Source of the DNA: an uncultured delta proteobacterium
GTDB lineage: Bacteria > Myxococcota_A > Polyangia > Fen-1088
Length of the DNA stretch: 64,000 nt
NCBI GenBank assembly: GCA_963796685.1
Contig: CAWCMR010000008.1
Span: 608,001-672,000, forward strand
Direction: 5' to 3'
Shown here: piece after piece, positions 25,801-36,039 of the stretch
How positions within the stretch are numbered: the stretch's first letter is position 1
Layout of the letters: each line of letters starts with the position of its first letter
The notes under the pieces: generated by a model
Database searches by the model: none
Seen by the model: the letters and a program-made list of their open reading frames with translations, nothing else
What the model was told of the DNA's origin: nothing
Position numbers and translations under genes: made by a program

Positions 25801-28453
25801 CAGCGCAGATCGCCGCGCTCGGCGGCACGGCCATTGCCGGGATGACCACGGACAAGCTGGCGCTGCTGACCACGCGGCAGCTCGCGAGCCTGACGCCCGA
25901 TCAGTTCGGCGCGCTCGCCACGACGCAGATCGGGCTCTCGATGCGACGCAGCTCGGGGTGTTGACCCCCGCGGAGCTGGGTGGATTGACCGATACCCAGA
26001 TAGGCACCCTGGCAGCGACCCAGCTGGCGGCTCTCAACGGCACCCAGATGGCCGCCTTGCCGGTATCGGCGCTGGATGGCTTGACCGCGACGCAGATCGG
26101 TGGACTGTCGCAGACCCAGCTCAACCAACTGACGGGGGCGCAGCTGGCGGCCCTGAGCACGTCGCAGCTCGCGGTGTTGACGCCGACCCAAGTCGCTTTT
26201 CTGAGCACGACCCAGATACGCGGCTTGACCACCACGGTGGTCGCCGGGCTGACCACCAGCCAGCTCGACGCCCTTGCGCTCACGCAGTTGGCCGAGCTGA
26301 GTACAGGGCAAATCGCCGCCTTGGTCAGCACCGAGGTGGGGGCGCTCTTGGCCACCCAGCTGGCGGCCCTGAGCACGACCCAGATCGCCGCTCTCGGCAC
26401 CTCGGCCATCGTGGGACTGACCGCGGGCTCCCTGGCCGCCCTGAGCACGAAGCAGCTGGCAGCACTTTCGACGACCCAGATGGCAGCTTTGACGACGGCG
26501 CAGGTGGCAGCGCTGTCGACAAGTCAGCTACGTTCTCTTGCCGCCACCCAGATCAACGGGCTCACGTCCACCGCCGTAACGACCATGACCACCACGCAGA
26601 TCGCCGCACTCACCACCACCCAGTTGGCCGGATTGTCCTCCTCGGGCGTGAAGGGCCTCACCCCCGACCAGATCGACGCGCTGTCGTCGAGCCAATTCGC
26701 GGCGTTGACCGCCTCGGAGCTCGGCGCTCTGACCACGACGCAAGTGGGCCTGTTGCTGACAGCGCAAGTCGTCGCCCTTTCCACCACTCAGTTGAGAGGC
26801 TTGCCGGCAACCGCCATCGCCGCCTTGAGCGGCACGCAGCTCGACGCCCTCACCACGTCGCAGGTGGTGGCCTTGACGGCCGGACAGATGGCCGGGCTCA
26901 CGTCGAGCCAGCTTGCAGCGCTTGCCGCCACCCAGCTCGTGGCGCTGACGTCGACCCAGGTCGCGGGGCTGTCCACGACCGGGCTGGTCGGGTTGACGAC
27001 GGATGAGCTGAATGAGCTATCCACCAAACAACTGGCGGCAATCACGGCCGGACAGATGGCGGCGTTGACGTCGTCTCAAGTGGCCGGGATGTCTACGACC
27101 CAGATCTCGGCTCTCTCGCGCATTCAAATGGGCGCCCTCTCAGGCAGCGCGGTGGGGGCCCTCACCTCGACCCAAATCGGCACGCTGACCACCACCCAAG
27201 TTGCCGCCCTGTCCTCCACCGGCGCCACCGGCCTGACCCCGGACCAAGTCGCCGATCTCTCGCCCGACCAGTTGGCGGCCCTCACGTCGACTGCGCTGGC
27301 CGGTTTGTCCTCGACGACCATCGCTGGTTTGGGCTCAGGCGTTCTCGCCGCCCTGACCACCACCCAGTTCACGAGCTTGGGGGCGAGCGGCATCTCCGCC
27401 CTCACCACCAGCGTCCTGCAGGATCTGTCCACGACCCAAGTGGGACTCTTGACCGCCACCGAGATCGCCGGGCTGACGTCCAGTCAGATTGCGGCCTTGA
27501 CCACCGGTCAGATCGGGGCGCTGTCGACCTCGCAGATGTCCGCCATGTCCGCCAGTGGCATCAACGGCCTCACCCCGACCCAGGTTGCCGGACTCGCCGC
27601 GACCCAGCTGGCGGCCCTGTCCGCGACCCAGATGGCCGGTCTGTCCGACGCAGCGGTGTCCGGCCTGACCGGAGATGAATTCTCGGGCCTGACCACGACG
27701 CAGTTCAAGAGCTTGTCGGCAACCGGGGTGGCAGGGTTGTCGGCCGGCCAAATCGCGAGCCTCACCACTTCGCAGCTCGCCCTGCTCAGCGTCACGGAGC
27801 TGAGCGGGCTGACCAGCGCACAGGTCGGCGCCTTGACGCCCGCCCAATTCGCCACGCTGGCCACGAGCCAGATCGGTGCCTTGTCGGAGGAGGGCATCAC
27901 CGGAATGAGCCCGGCGCAGTTTGCGGCGATGAGCTCGACGCAATTCGCGGCCCTGACGTCCGACCAGCTAGCCGCGCTGACCACCGCCGAAGTGGGCATG
28001 TTGTCCACGTCCCAGATAGCCGCGTTGACCCCCGACCAGATTGGCGGTTTGGAGCGAATGCAACTTCGCTCCCTTTCCACGGCGCAGCTGGCCGCGTTGA
28101 CCACGACGCAGGTGGCGGCACTGGACGAGGTGCAGATCTCCAGCCTCACGGCGACCGAATTCCAGAACCTGTCGCCGGCCCAACTGGGAGCGCTAGGGCC
28201 GTGGCAGATGGCGGCCCTGACGGCCACCCAACTCGGCGCATTCGCGCCCACCCAGATAGCCGCGCTGGCGGCGACGCAGTTCAGCGAAATCACGACCACG
28301 ACCATCGCCGCGCTCTCGGTGACGACCTTATCGTCCTTGACGACCGAGGAGCTCGAAGCGCTCGATGCCACCCAAATCGACGCACTCACGGCAACCCAGT
28401 TGGCCAGCATGACGCCGGAACAATTGGCGGCCCTGAGTGACGCCGAAGTTTAG
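19856..28453 (+). CDS. Giant Ser/Thr/Ala/Leu-rich octapeptide-repeat protein (~2,865 aa), two compensating frameshifts (~22424, ~25934)
   Basis: ORFs 19742..22633, 22377..25964 and 23342..28453 carry one continuous L-[TS]-x-x-Q-x-x-x repeat. GTG at 19856 with GGAG upstream. Confidence 0.88.
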
Positions 28454-28467
28454 CGAGAAGACAGCCG

Positions 28468-30531
28468 ATGGCGACCGACCTGTTCACGACTGCTATCATC
28501 CGATCGACCGCACGCAGCTTCAGCGTCGCCGACCTGATCCGCACGGCGGAGATGCTGAAGCAGGAGGCCCAGGCCGACCTGGTCGAGGTGCTGTATGCGA
28601 CCTGGGTCCAGCACAACCAGGACAACCCGCTGCTTTATGCGGTTCTATTCAACCACTCGGTCGTTCTCTCGGATGGCGGCAAGCTGGAGGCTGCTCGCGC
28701 GTGTCTGGAGAAAGCGTTGAAGCTCAATCCCGAGTTCATCCCGGCTCACATCAACCTGGGACGACTCTACGAAAGGCTGGGAAACGTCGCCCCGGCTCTC
28801 GTGCAATGGAGCGTCGCTCTGGCACGCATGGCGCCGGTGAACGGAGCCTCGGTGGGGTACAAGACGACTGCCCTCAATCAAAGCGGACGCGCGCTGGAAG
28901 CCGCCAATCAAGACGAGGCGGCGGAGGAGATGCTGCGACAGAGCCTCGAGCTGGACTCGCACCAAAGCGAGGTCATTCAGCACGTCGTCGCCCTTCGACA
29001 ACGGCAGTGCAAATGGCCAACCGTCCTGCCTTCGGAAAGAGTGTCGGCCAGGGCGCAGGTGGAGGGCATGTCGCCGCTGTCGATGGCCGCGCATACCGAC
29101 GATCCGATCATGCAGCTGGCCGCGGCGTGCAAGTACAACCGAGACGACGTCGGCACGCCCAAGGAGGCACACGTGGAGTGGCCGGCCGCAATCCCCGGCT
29201 CGGGCCGACTGAGGATCGGCTATCTGTCGTCCGATCTGCGCGAGCACGCGGTTGGGTTCCTGATGACCGAGGTGCTGGGTCTGCACGACCGGGAGGCGGT
29301 GGAGGTGTTCGCCTACTATTGTGGACCGGAGGCCAAGGACAAATTGCACGCGCATTTCCGCGAGACCGCGGACCACTTCAAGGACATCACGTCGCTCGGC
29401 GATGAAGCCGCCGCACGCCAGATGGTGGAGGACGGCATTCAGATCCTGGTCGACCTCAACGGTTACACCCGCGAGGCGCGCTTGAAGGTCGTGGCGCGTC
29501 GGCCGGCGCCGGTGATCGTCAACTGGCTGGGATTTCCCGGCACCATGGCCAGCCCCTACCACCACTACATCATTGCCGACGACTGGATCATCCCGCCGTC
29601 CCACGAGGGGTACTTCTCGGAGAAGGTGCTGAGGCTGCCGTGCTACCAGCCAAGCAGTCGCAAGCGCGAAGTCGCGGCCGCGACGCCGTCCCGCCGCGAC
29701 GTGGGTCTGCCGGCCGAGGGCATGGTCTATTGTTGCTTCAACGGCGCCCACAAGATCAATCGCTTCACCTTCAACCGATGGCTCATGATCATCGCCCGTG
29801 TGCCGGGCAGCGTGCTGTGGCTTCTGGGAGGCTCGGAGGCGGCCAATCGACGCTTGCAGGACTACGCCGCCGAGCGCGGCGTGGCCAAAGAACGGATCGT
29901 GTTCGGCGACAAGCTGCCGAATCCGGCGCACCTTGCGCGCTACGCCCTGGCGGATCTATTTCTCGATACGACCCCATACGGAGCCCACACCACCGCCTCC
30001 GATGCCCTGTGGATGGGCTTGCCGGTGCTGACGTTCAGCGGACGCTCGTTCGCCTCGCGGGTGTGCGGCAGCCTGGTGCGCGCGGCGGGAACGCCCGAGA
30101 TGGCGTGCAGCACGGCCGAGGAGCTGGTCGAACGCGCGGTCGAGCTCGGCAGCGAGCCCGGCAAGCTGGCCACGGTAAGGGACAAGCTGCGTGCCCAGCG
30201 CGACACGTGCGTTCTGTTCGACATGCCGCGCTTGGTTCGCCGCTTGGAAGATCTGTTCCGGCAGATGTGGCACGAGCACCAGAGCGGTCAGCTGCCGCAG
30301 CCGGATCTCGCGAACCTTGAAGTCTATCTAGAGGTGGGGAGCGAGGTCGACTACGACGATGTCGAAGTGCAGACCATCGCCGACTACGAGGGCTGGTGGC
30401 GGGCGCGGCTTGCCCGGCGGCATCACCTTCGCCCCATCCCCCACGACCGGCGCCTGGTACAGCCGTCGGAACAGTTTCGCCCTGGGGAATGTTCGCGCCA
30501 CCCGTATCCGGCGGACCACGGGAACCCCTGA
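28468..30531 (+). CDS. O-GlcNAc transferase/SPINDLY-like glycosyltransferase (GT41) with N-terminal TPRs
   Basis: RLRIGYLSSDLREHAVG, LVDLNGYT, NWLGFPGT, CFNGAHKI, DLFLDTTPYGAHTTASDALWMG, FASRV. Confidence 0.92.
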   Translation: MATDLFTTAIIRSTARSFSVADLIRTAEMLKQEAQADLVEVLYATWVQHNQDNPLLYAVLFNHSVVLSDGGKLEAARACLEKALKLNPEFIPAHINLGRLYERLGNVAPALVQWSVALARMAPVNGASVGYKTTALNQSGRALEAANQDEAAEEMLRQSLELDSHQSEVIQHVVALRQRQCKWPTVLPSERVSARAQVEGMSPLSMAAHTDDPIMQLAAACKYNRDDVGTPKEAHVEWPAAIPGSGRLRIGYLSSDLREHAVGFLMTEVLGLHDREAVEVFAYYCGPEAKDKLHAHFRETADHFKDITSLGDEAAARQMVEDGIQILVDLNGYTREARLKVVARRPAPVIVNWLGFPGTMASPYHHYIIADDWIIPPSHEGYFSEKVLRLPCYQPSSRKREVAAATPSRRDVGLPAEGMVYCCFNGAHKINRFTFNRWLMIIARVPGSVLWLLGGSEAANRRLQDYAAERGVAKERIVFGDKLPNPAHLARYALADLFLDTTPYGAHTTASDALWMGLPVLTFSGRSFASRVCGSLVRAAGTPEMACSTAEELVERAVELGSEPGKLATVRDKLRAQRDTCVLFDMPRLVRRLEDLFRQMWHEHQSGQLPQPDLANLEVYLEVGSEVDYDDVEVQTIADYEGWWRARLARRHHLRPIPHDRRLVQPSEQFRPGECSRHPYPADHGNP

Positions 30532-30562
30532 AGGATTCCCATGGCCTGTTTTTCCCGCGTGT

Positions 30563-31213
30563 CTACCCTTCGACTTTGCAGTCGACCACGGTCGCGACCT
30601 CGACCTCTTCCGGGTTGGACCAGGCGCCGGTCGAAAGCCAGCGCACGCGCACGCCGCCGAGCTTGCCGGCGATCTTCAGATTGCACTTGGCGGTGAAGCG
30701 CTTGAGCGTGTCGCGCGGCCGGTTGGGGGGCTCCGCCTTGTAGCGCGCCTCCAGCGCGGGCTGAAGGAAGAGCCCGGGGATGAGGTAGAGGTGGCGATCC
30801 GAGGTGTAGAAGGGTTTGAGCTTGTCCTTCTCGTCGCCGTGCCAGGGCATGTTTTCGTCGGAGAAGCCACAGCGGTAGGATTCGATGCCCGTGGCTGCGG
30901 CGCAGTCGACGTCTGCGCGATCCGACGTCACGAGGGTGATGTCCGCGGCCACCGTGCTGCCGGCCTGTGGGGCTTGATCTCCGGGCGTGTGTTGCATGGC
31001 CAGGGCCGCGCCGATGATGACGACGGCGCCCACCCCGAGTCCGATGAACACTCGGCGTCGAGAGGTACTGGCGGCTTGGGCCTCGGGCGATTTCTCGGGA
31101 GCCTCCCCCGCGGCCTGCGGCTCCTCGCTGGCGACCTTCTGCTCCTCGGCGGGTGCCTTGGGCGATTCGGATTGTGGTTCGGCGCTTGCCTGCTTGTCCT
31201 GTTCGCTGTCCAC
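30563..31213 (-). CDS. Hypothetical single-pass membrane protein
   Basis: GTG at 31213, acidic disordered N-terminus, one TM, Cys-containing C-domain. Confidence 0.6.
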   Translation of the reverse strand: MDSEQDKQASAEPQSESPKAPAEEQKVASEEPQAAGEAPEKSPEAQAASTSRRRVFIGLGVGAVVIIGAALAMQHTPGDQAPQAGSTVAADITLVTSDRADVDCAAATGIESYRCGFSDENMPWHGDEKDKLKPFYTSDRHLYLIPGLFLQPALEARYKAEPPNRPRDTLKRFTAKCNLKIAGKLGGVRVRWLSTGAWSNPEEVEVATVVDCKVEG

Positions 31214-31415
31214 GTTGACTCGTCCTTTCGTCTCGTTTGCATCGGGCCGTATGACTGACCGCCAGCCTTCGGCACTGTGCGACACCTGCGGATGCGCTCG
31301 GCAAGCCGGCGCATCCACCGCAAGGTTACCCACGGAAGGCACTTTTGGGAATGGTATCGTGCAAGCTAGATAGCCTGGTGCCCCCCGCCACCGCAAGGCA
31401 TGATGGCCCGCCCCG

Positions 31416-32732
31416 ATGGATATGACCAGCCAAGAACCTCCAGAAACGCCCGCGCCTCTGCCATCGCCGCAGGCCCCGGTTCCCCCGGCGGCCCCAGCCA
31501 TCGCCAAGCAGGATTCCCTCCGCTTCGCCATCACCGCGCTATGTGTCGGCCTCTTGTGCCTGGGCGTCGTGTGGCGATTCATCGACCTCGACTACCCGCG
31601 AACCTTCAGCTTCGACGAGCACCATTTCGTCAGCAACGCGCGCAACTACATCGGCCACAGACCCGACTGGAACGACCATCCCCCGCTCGGCAAGCTGGTC
31701 CTCATCCCGGCCATGCTGATCTTCGGCGATCGGGGCCTCGGGTGGCGGCTGTCATCGGCGATCTTCGGCCTGGCCATGGTCGTCCTGGCCGGGCTTGCGG
31801 CGGCCAGGATCTTCGGCGACCGGCGGGTTGGGCTTCTGACCGCGACCTTTCTCGCCATCGACGGATTCTTCATCTCCTATGCCCGCACGGCGCTCATCGA
31901 CAACCCGCTGACGGCGTTCATCTACGCGGCCCTGGCCTTGATGCTGTGGGCGCGGTCGTTGCGCTGGTTCGCGGGCGCCGCGCTTTGCGTGGGCCTCGCG
32001 GTGGCGAGCAAGTGGACCGGGGTGTGCGTGCTCCTGCTCGCCCCCATTCTTCTGCGACGAGCGGGGAAGTCGGTCTGGCACACCGTCTGGATGTTCGGGC
32101 TGGCCGCGCTCGTGTATCTCGGCATCGGCGTCGAGGCCCTGCACCTGACTCGGCAGCCCATCTCGATGGCCGGCATGATGCGTTCGAACTGGACCCTCCT
32201 TCAACACCACGCCGGATTCACCACCTGGGACAATCCCGCCAGCTCGAAGTGGTACACCTGGCCCTTGCTCCTCCACCCCATCGTCATGCACCACGAGCAG
32301 GTCGGCCCGGCCACGGTGCGCGCGACCTCGACCATCGGCAACCTACTGCTCTGGTTCGGCACCACGGCTTCCATCGTGCTGGCCCTTGTCGGCCTGGCGC
32401 GCACGGCTTTTCGCTGGTTGCGCGCGCGGGTGGCTGTCGCCGCCCGGCACCGGCAGGACGCCTTGGTGTTGACGGGCATGGTGGCGCTCATGCTGCCATT
32501 CATCGCGACCCACCGGCAGTCCTACATCTTTCACTACCTGGGCGCCTATGGCCTGGGCCTAAGCCTTCTTGCATCCCGCGTGGCACGCCTCGAACGACGC
32601 TCGTCGCTGGCCGCCCTCGCCTTTCTCGCCTGCGCGGCGAGCATCTCGATGCTCTACCTACCGCTGTGGATAGGCACCCCGCAGAGCGTGCACGCGTTCC
32701 TTCTCCGCCTCCCCTTCCCAGGCTGGCGTTAA
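31416..32732 (+). CDS. Protein O-mannosyltransferase-like glycosyltransferase (GT39/PMT)
   Basis: SFDEHHF, DHPPLGK, ASKWTG and S-x-WYTWP motifs; multi-TM. Confidence 0.85.
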   Translation: MDMTSQEPPETPAPLPSPQAPVPPAAPAIAKQDSLRFAITALCVGLLCLGVVWRFIDLDYPRTFSFDEHHFVSNARNYIGHRPDWNDHPPLGKLVLIPAMLIFGDRGLGWRLSSAIFGLAMVVLAGLAAARIFGDRRVGLLTATFLAIDGFFISYARTALIDNPLTAFIYAALALMLWARSLRWFAGAALCVGLAVASKWTGVCVLLLAPILLRRAGKSVWHTVWMFGLAALVYLGIGVEALHLTRQPISMAGMMRSNWTLLQHHAGFTTWDNPASSKWYTWPLLLHPIVMHHEQVGPATVRATSTIGNLLLWFGTTASIVLALVGLARTAFRWLRARVAVAARHRQDALVLTGMVALMLPFIATHRQSYIFHYLGAYGLGLSLLASRVARLERRSSLAALAFLACAASISMLYLPLWIGTPQSVHAFLLRLPFPGWR

Positions 32733-32735
32733 ACC

Positions 32736-32985
32736 CTAGAGCACCGAACGGGTTGAATTCCTCCTGAATCCAAGGGATTGCCTGGCGCCGCCGAGGCCGC
32801 TGTGCAGAGCGCGCACAAGCTTTTTTTTCACCACAGAGAACACAGAGGGCACAGAGGCCCGGAAAAGTAAGGGGTTTCCGGATCTCGATCCGAACCCTTC
32901 ATTTCTCATCCGTCTCTGTGTTCTCTGTGTCCTCTGTGGTTAGAATCCGGAAATTGCTCGGGTTTCAAACCGTTCGGTGCTCTAG
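32736..32985. mobile_element. MITE-like element with 22-bp terminal inverted repeats, enclosing CACAGAG palindrome copy 2
   Basis: Left CTAGAGCACCGAACGGGTTGAA versus right TTCAAACCGTTCGGTGCTCTAG (21/22 match). CTAG at both ends; non-coding. Confidence 0.7.
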
Positions 32986-34007
32986 TAGATCTCGACTTCG
33001 GCCAGGTGGAAGAAGTTGGGCGGGGTGTTCTTGAGGCGCACGTAGCGCCCCTCGGCGTGCAGCCCCTTGACGGTCCACTTGTCGAAGGTCTCTTTGCGCT
33101 CGGCGATCTGCTTGTAGTTCTGGTTGTCGTTGCTGACTTCAATCTTCAGCGGCACGGCCCGTTCCTCGAATCCGTCGGGCCGGTTGTACACGACGATCTT
33201 GTGGAACTTGACCACCTTGCCCAAATCGATCACGACCCACTGCTGGCCGCCTTCCAGGGTATGGAACCCGAGGGTGTCGGGATCGCCGTCGACGAGCAAG
33301 GAATGATCCACGCCTTGGCCCGGGAACTGGCTGCTGACCGTGACCGCGGCATGGAGCGCGAGATCGGGCCCGCTCAGCTTCTTGCTGAGCCACCTGCCGG
33401 ACAACGCGAGGGCCACCGCCAACACCACCCCCACCACGAACACGCGTGACCAGCGGGCGAAGAGCACGCGCCCCAGCCGATTGGCCTCCATCTCGAGCGG
33501 TTCCGCCAGGCGCATCACCAGATCGTGCAACCCGATGGCGAAGGAATCGCGCTCCTCACCGGCAAGCTTTGCAATGGTCGCATCCCGGTCCGGGCCGAGC
33601 AAGGCCATCAAGGTCGCGGAATGCTCGGGTGCGAGCTTGGCCCAGGCGGCCTCCACGATGGGAATTCCTCGCGCACTCTCCCAGTCGCCGGGACCAAGCG
33701 GACCCGTCCCGGTCGGCATACCCGAGCGTGCCAGATACGCGCGCGTGAGCAATTCGACGGCCGTCGTATCGAGCAGCAGCACCGCCCAGCTCCCCTTCCC
33801 GGTTTCGCCGATCTTGACCACATCGTCGCAGATCTGCCGCGCGACCTCGTACCAGGCGAACCCCGGCTTGGAGGGACCGAAGGTCTGCTCCCGCGCCTCG
33901 GCCACGCGCGGCCCCATCCACAACACCCGGCCAAGCCAGCTCGATGCCGGCTTCGCCTGCTCCTCGGTGGTCTGCCCGCTCACGTTCTCGCTGTTGTCGT
34001 CGCTCAT
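32982..34007 (-). CDS. Membrane protein with C-terminal discoidin (F5/8 type C) domain
   Basis: TM followed by VTVSSQ, LVDGD, WVVIDLG, VVYNR, GRYVRL, LAEVEIY. Confidence 0.8.
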   Translation of the reverse strand: MSDDNSENVSGQTTEEQAKPASSWLGRVLWMGPRVAEAREQTFGPSKPGFAWYEVARQICDDVVKIGETGKGSWAVLLLDTTAVELLTRAYLARSGMPTGTGPLGPGDWESARGIPIVEAAWAKLAPEHSATLMALLGPDRDATIAKLAGEERDSFAIGLHDLVMRLAEPLEMEANRLGRVLFARWSRVFVVGVVLAVALALSGRWLSKKLSGPDLALHAAVTVSSQFPGQGVDHSLLVDGDPDTLGFHTLEGGQQWVVIDLGKVVKFHKIVVYNRPDGFEERAVPLKIEVSNDNQNYKQIAERKETFDKWTVKGLHAEGRYVRLKNTPPNFFHLAEVEIY

Positions 34008-34093
34008 GACGCTACCGTTTATACCCCAGACTCGGGCGCCTGGGTACCGTCACCTGCCACCCGAACGTCGGGGCCAGGAACCAAGAAGAGAAA

Positions 34094-34226
34094 GCACGGA
34101 GGACAACCGAGGGTACGGAGGACGCGGAAAGATGCATCTTCCGTCGTCCAAAGGTATCCGCAATCCTTTTGTCTCTGTGCTCTCCGTGTTCTCTGTGTTG
34201 AGAGACTCGGAAGCTGGGTGCTCTAG
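34094..34226. repeat. Degenerate CACAGAG-family palindrome copy 3, ending in GGTGCTCTAG
   Basis: CACGGAGGACAACCGAGGGTACGGAG...CTCTGTGCTCTCCGTGTTCTCTGTG. The terminal motif matches the MITE end. Confidence 0.6.
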
Positions 34227-34726
34227 AACTTGGCGCTGACCTCGGCGTCGGCCTCGAGGACCTTGCGCAGGCGGGCTTCGCGCTCGGCGGCCACGCGCTG
34301 GGAAAGCGCCGCATCCGAAATCGCCACGATCTGCGCGGCCAGAAGACCCGCGTTCTCGGCGCCACCGATGGCAACCGTGGCCACCGGGATGCCAGGCGGC
34401 ATCATCGCGGTGGACAGGAGCGCGTCCATGCCTTGCAAGCTCCCCGACGCAATGGGGATCCCGATCACAGGACGGGTGGTGTGGGCCGCCACACTCCCTG
34501 CCAGGTGCGCGGCTCCGCCCGCCCCGCAGATGAACACCTTGGTTCCCGTGCGTGCGGCCTCGCGCACGAAGGCCGCGGTTTGCTCGGGCGTCCGGTGCGC
34601 AGAGAGCACGCGCACGGCCACGCGCAGACCAAGGGCCTTGAGCACGTCGGCAGCCGGTTTCATGGTGGCGAGGTCGGACTTCGACCCCATCAAAATTGCA
34701 ACGTCGCAGGTGGTATTGTCGCTCAT
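34223..34726 (-). CDS. purE: N5-carboxyaminoimidazole ribonucleotide mutase
   Basis: ILMGSKSD, SAHRTP, GAGGAAHLAG, PVIGIP, PVATVAI. Confidence 0.95.
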   Translation of the reverse strand: MSDNTTCDVAILMGSKSDLATMKPAADVLKALGLRVAVRVLSAHRTPEQTAAFVREAARTGTKVFICGAGGAAHLAGSVAAHTTRPVIGIPIASGSLQGMDALLSTAMMPPGIPVATVAIGGAENAGLLAAQIVAISDAALSQRVAAEREARLRKVLEADAEVSAKF

Positions 34727-36036
34727 GGTGTGCCTCGCAGTCCGATGTCTTTGCGAAAGTGCATGCCGGGCCAAGAGATACGGCCGATGCCGGCGTAGGC
34801 GCGACCGCGCGCCTCGTCCAGGTTGCCCCCGCTGGCCGTCACGCCCAGCACGCGTCCGCCGCTGGTGACCAGGTGGCCGCGGTGACGCTTGGTGCCGGCG
34901 TGAAAAACGACGACCTCGCCGTCCCCGCCGGGGAGCTGTCCGTCGTCGCCCAGGCCCGCGATGGCATCGCCCGAGCGAACCTTTCCGGGATAGCCCTCGG
35001 CGGCCAGCACCACGCACACCGCCAGCCCGGGCAGCCAATCCGGCGAGCGCAGGGGAAGTTGGCCCGAGGCCGCGTCGAGCAGCCAGGGCAGAAGATCCTC
35101 GGCGAGGCGTGGGAGCACGGCCTGGGTTTCGGGGTCCCCGAAGCGGCAGTTCCACTCGATGACCATGGGGCCGCGATCCTTCGTCAACATGAGGCCCCCG
35201 TAGAGCAGGCCACGAAAAGGTCGCCCCTCGTCCGCCATGGCGGCCACCAGCGGCGCGAAGAGGGTGCGCGCGATGCATTCCGCCAGCGCCTTGTCCACCA
35301 ACGGCGAGGGCGAATAGGCGCCCATACCGCCCGTGTTCGGACCACGATCGCCGTCGAGAACCGCCTTGTGATCCTCGGCCGAGTCGAGCAGCACGAAGCG
35401 CGTGCCGTCGCACAGGGCCATCATGGAAACCTCGCGCCCGACCAGCCGTTCCTCGACCACGACCCGCGCGCCGGCCTCGCCGAACACGCGCTCGACCAAC
35501 ATGGAGCGAACGGCCTGCTTCGCTTCATCGTGCGAGGAAGCCACCACCACCCCCTTGCCCGCGCACAGGCCGTCGGCCTTGACCACGACGTCGCCAGGCT
35601 GGGCGTCGATGAAGGCATCCGCGGCAGCGACCTCCGAGAAGCTGCCGTAGGCGGCGGTGGGAATACCGGCCCGGCGCATGAGATCCTTGGCGAACTGCTT
35701 CGAGCCTTCGATCTCGGCGGCCGCACGTGAAGGACCGAAGAAACGAATGCGGGCAGCGGCGCAGGCGTCGCCCAGTCCGGCCATGAGCGGAACCTCCGGA
35801 CCGCACACCACCAGATCGATTCTCTCCTTGCTGGCCAAGGCCACCAAGGCGTCGGTGGCGTCGGCGGCGACCTTGGAAAGGGTAACCCGGCCCTCGGCCA
35901 TACCGCGTCCCAGGGCTTCGATGCCGGGATTGCCCGGCGCCGCGATCAGGCGATCGCACAAGGGGCTTTGCAGAAGCTTCCAGGCCAGGGCGTGCTCGCG
36001 CCCGCCCGAGCCGATCAACAAAACACGGTACCCCAT
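34723..36036 (-). CDS. purD: Phosphoribosylamine--glycine ligase
   Basis: IGSGGREHAL, KADGLCAGKGV, GPNTGGMGAY, RFGDPETQ, TSGGRVL. Confidence 0.96.
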   Translation of the reverse strand: MGYRVLLIGSGGREHALAWKLLQSPLCDRLIAAPGNPGIEALGRGMAEGRVTLSKVAADATDALVALASKERIDLVVCGPEVPLMAGLGDACAAARIRFFGPSRAAAEIEGSKQFAKDLMRRAGIPTAAYGSFSEVAAADAFIDAQPGDVVVKADGLCAGKGVVVASSHDEAKQAVRSMLVERVFGEAGARVVVEERLVGREVSMMALCDGTRFVLLDSAEDHKAVLDGDRGPNTGGMGAYSPSPLVDKALAECIARTLFAPLVAAMADEGRPFRGLLYGGLMLTKDRGPMVIEWNCRFGDPETQAVLPRLAEDLLPWLLDAASGQLPLRSPDWLPGLAVCVVLAAEGYPGKVRSGDAIAGLGDDGQLPGGDGEVVVFHAGTKRHRGHLVTSGGRVLGVTASGGNLDEARGRAYAGIGRISWPGMHFRKDIGLRGTP

Positions 36037-36039
36037 GTT

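Noticed and set aside
19856-28453. Ice-nucleation protein (octapeptide period, TxT-like triplets)
   Set aside because: It lacks the AGYGSTxT consensus and Gly/Tyr pattern. The Leu/Ala-rich [ST]xxQ units fit short capped helices better. A structure prediction would settle it.
19856-28453. Three separate repeat genes, or programmed frameshifting
   Set aside because: The repeat register continues across both junctions, the +1 and -1 indels compensate, and no slippery heptamer is present.
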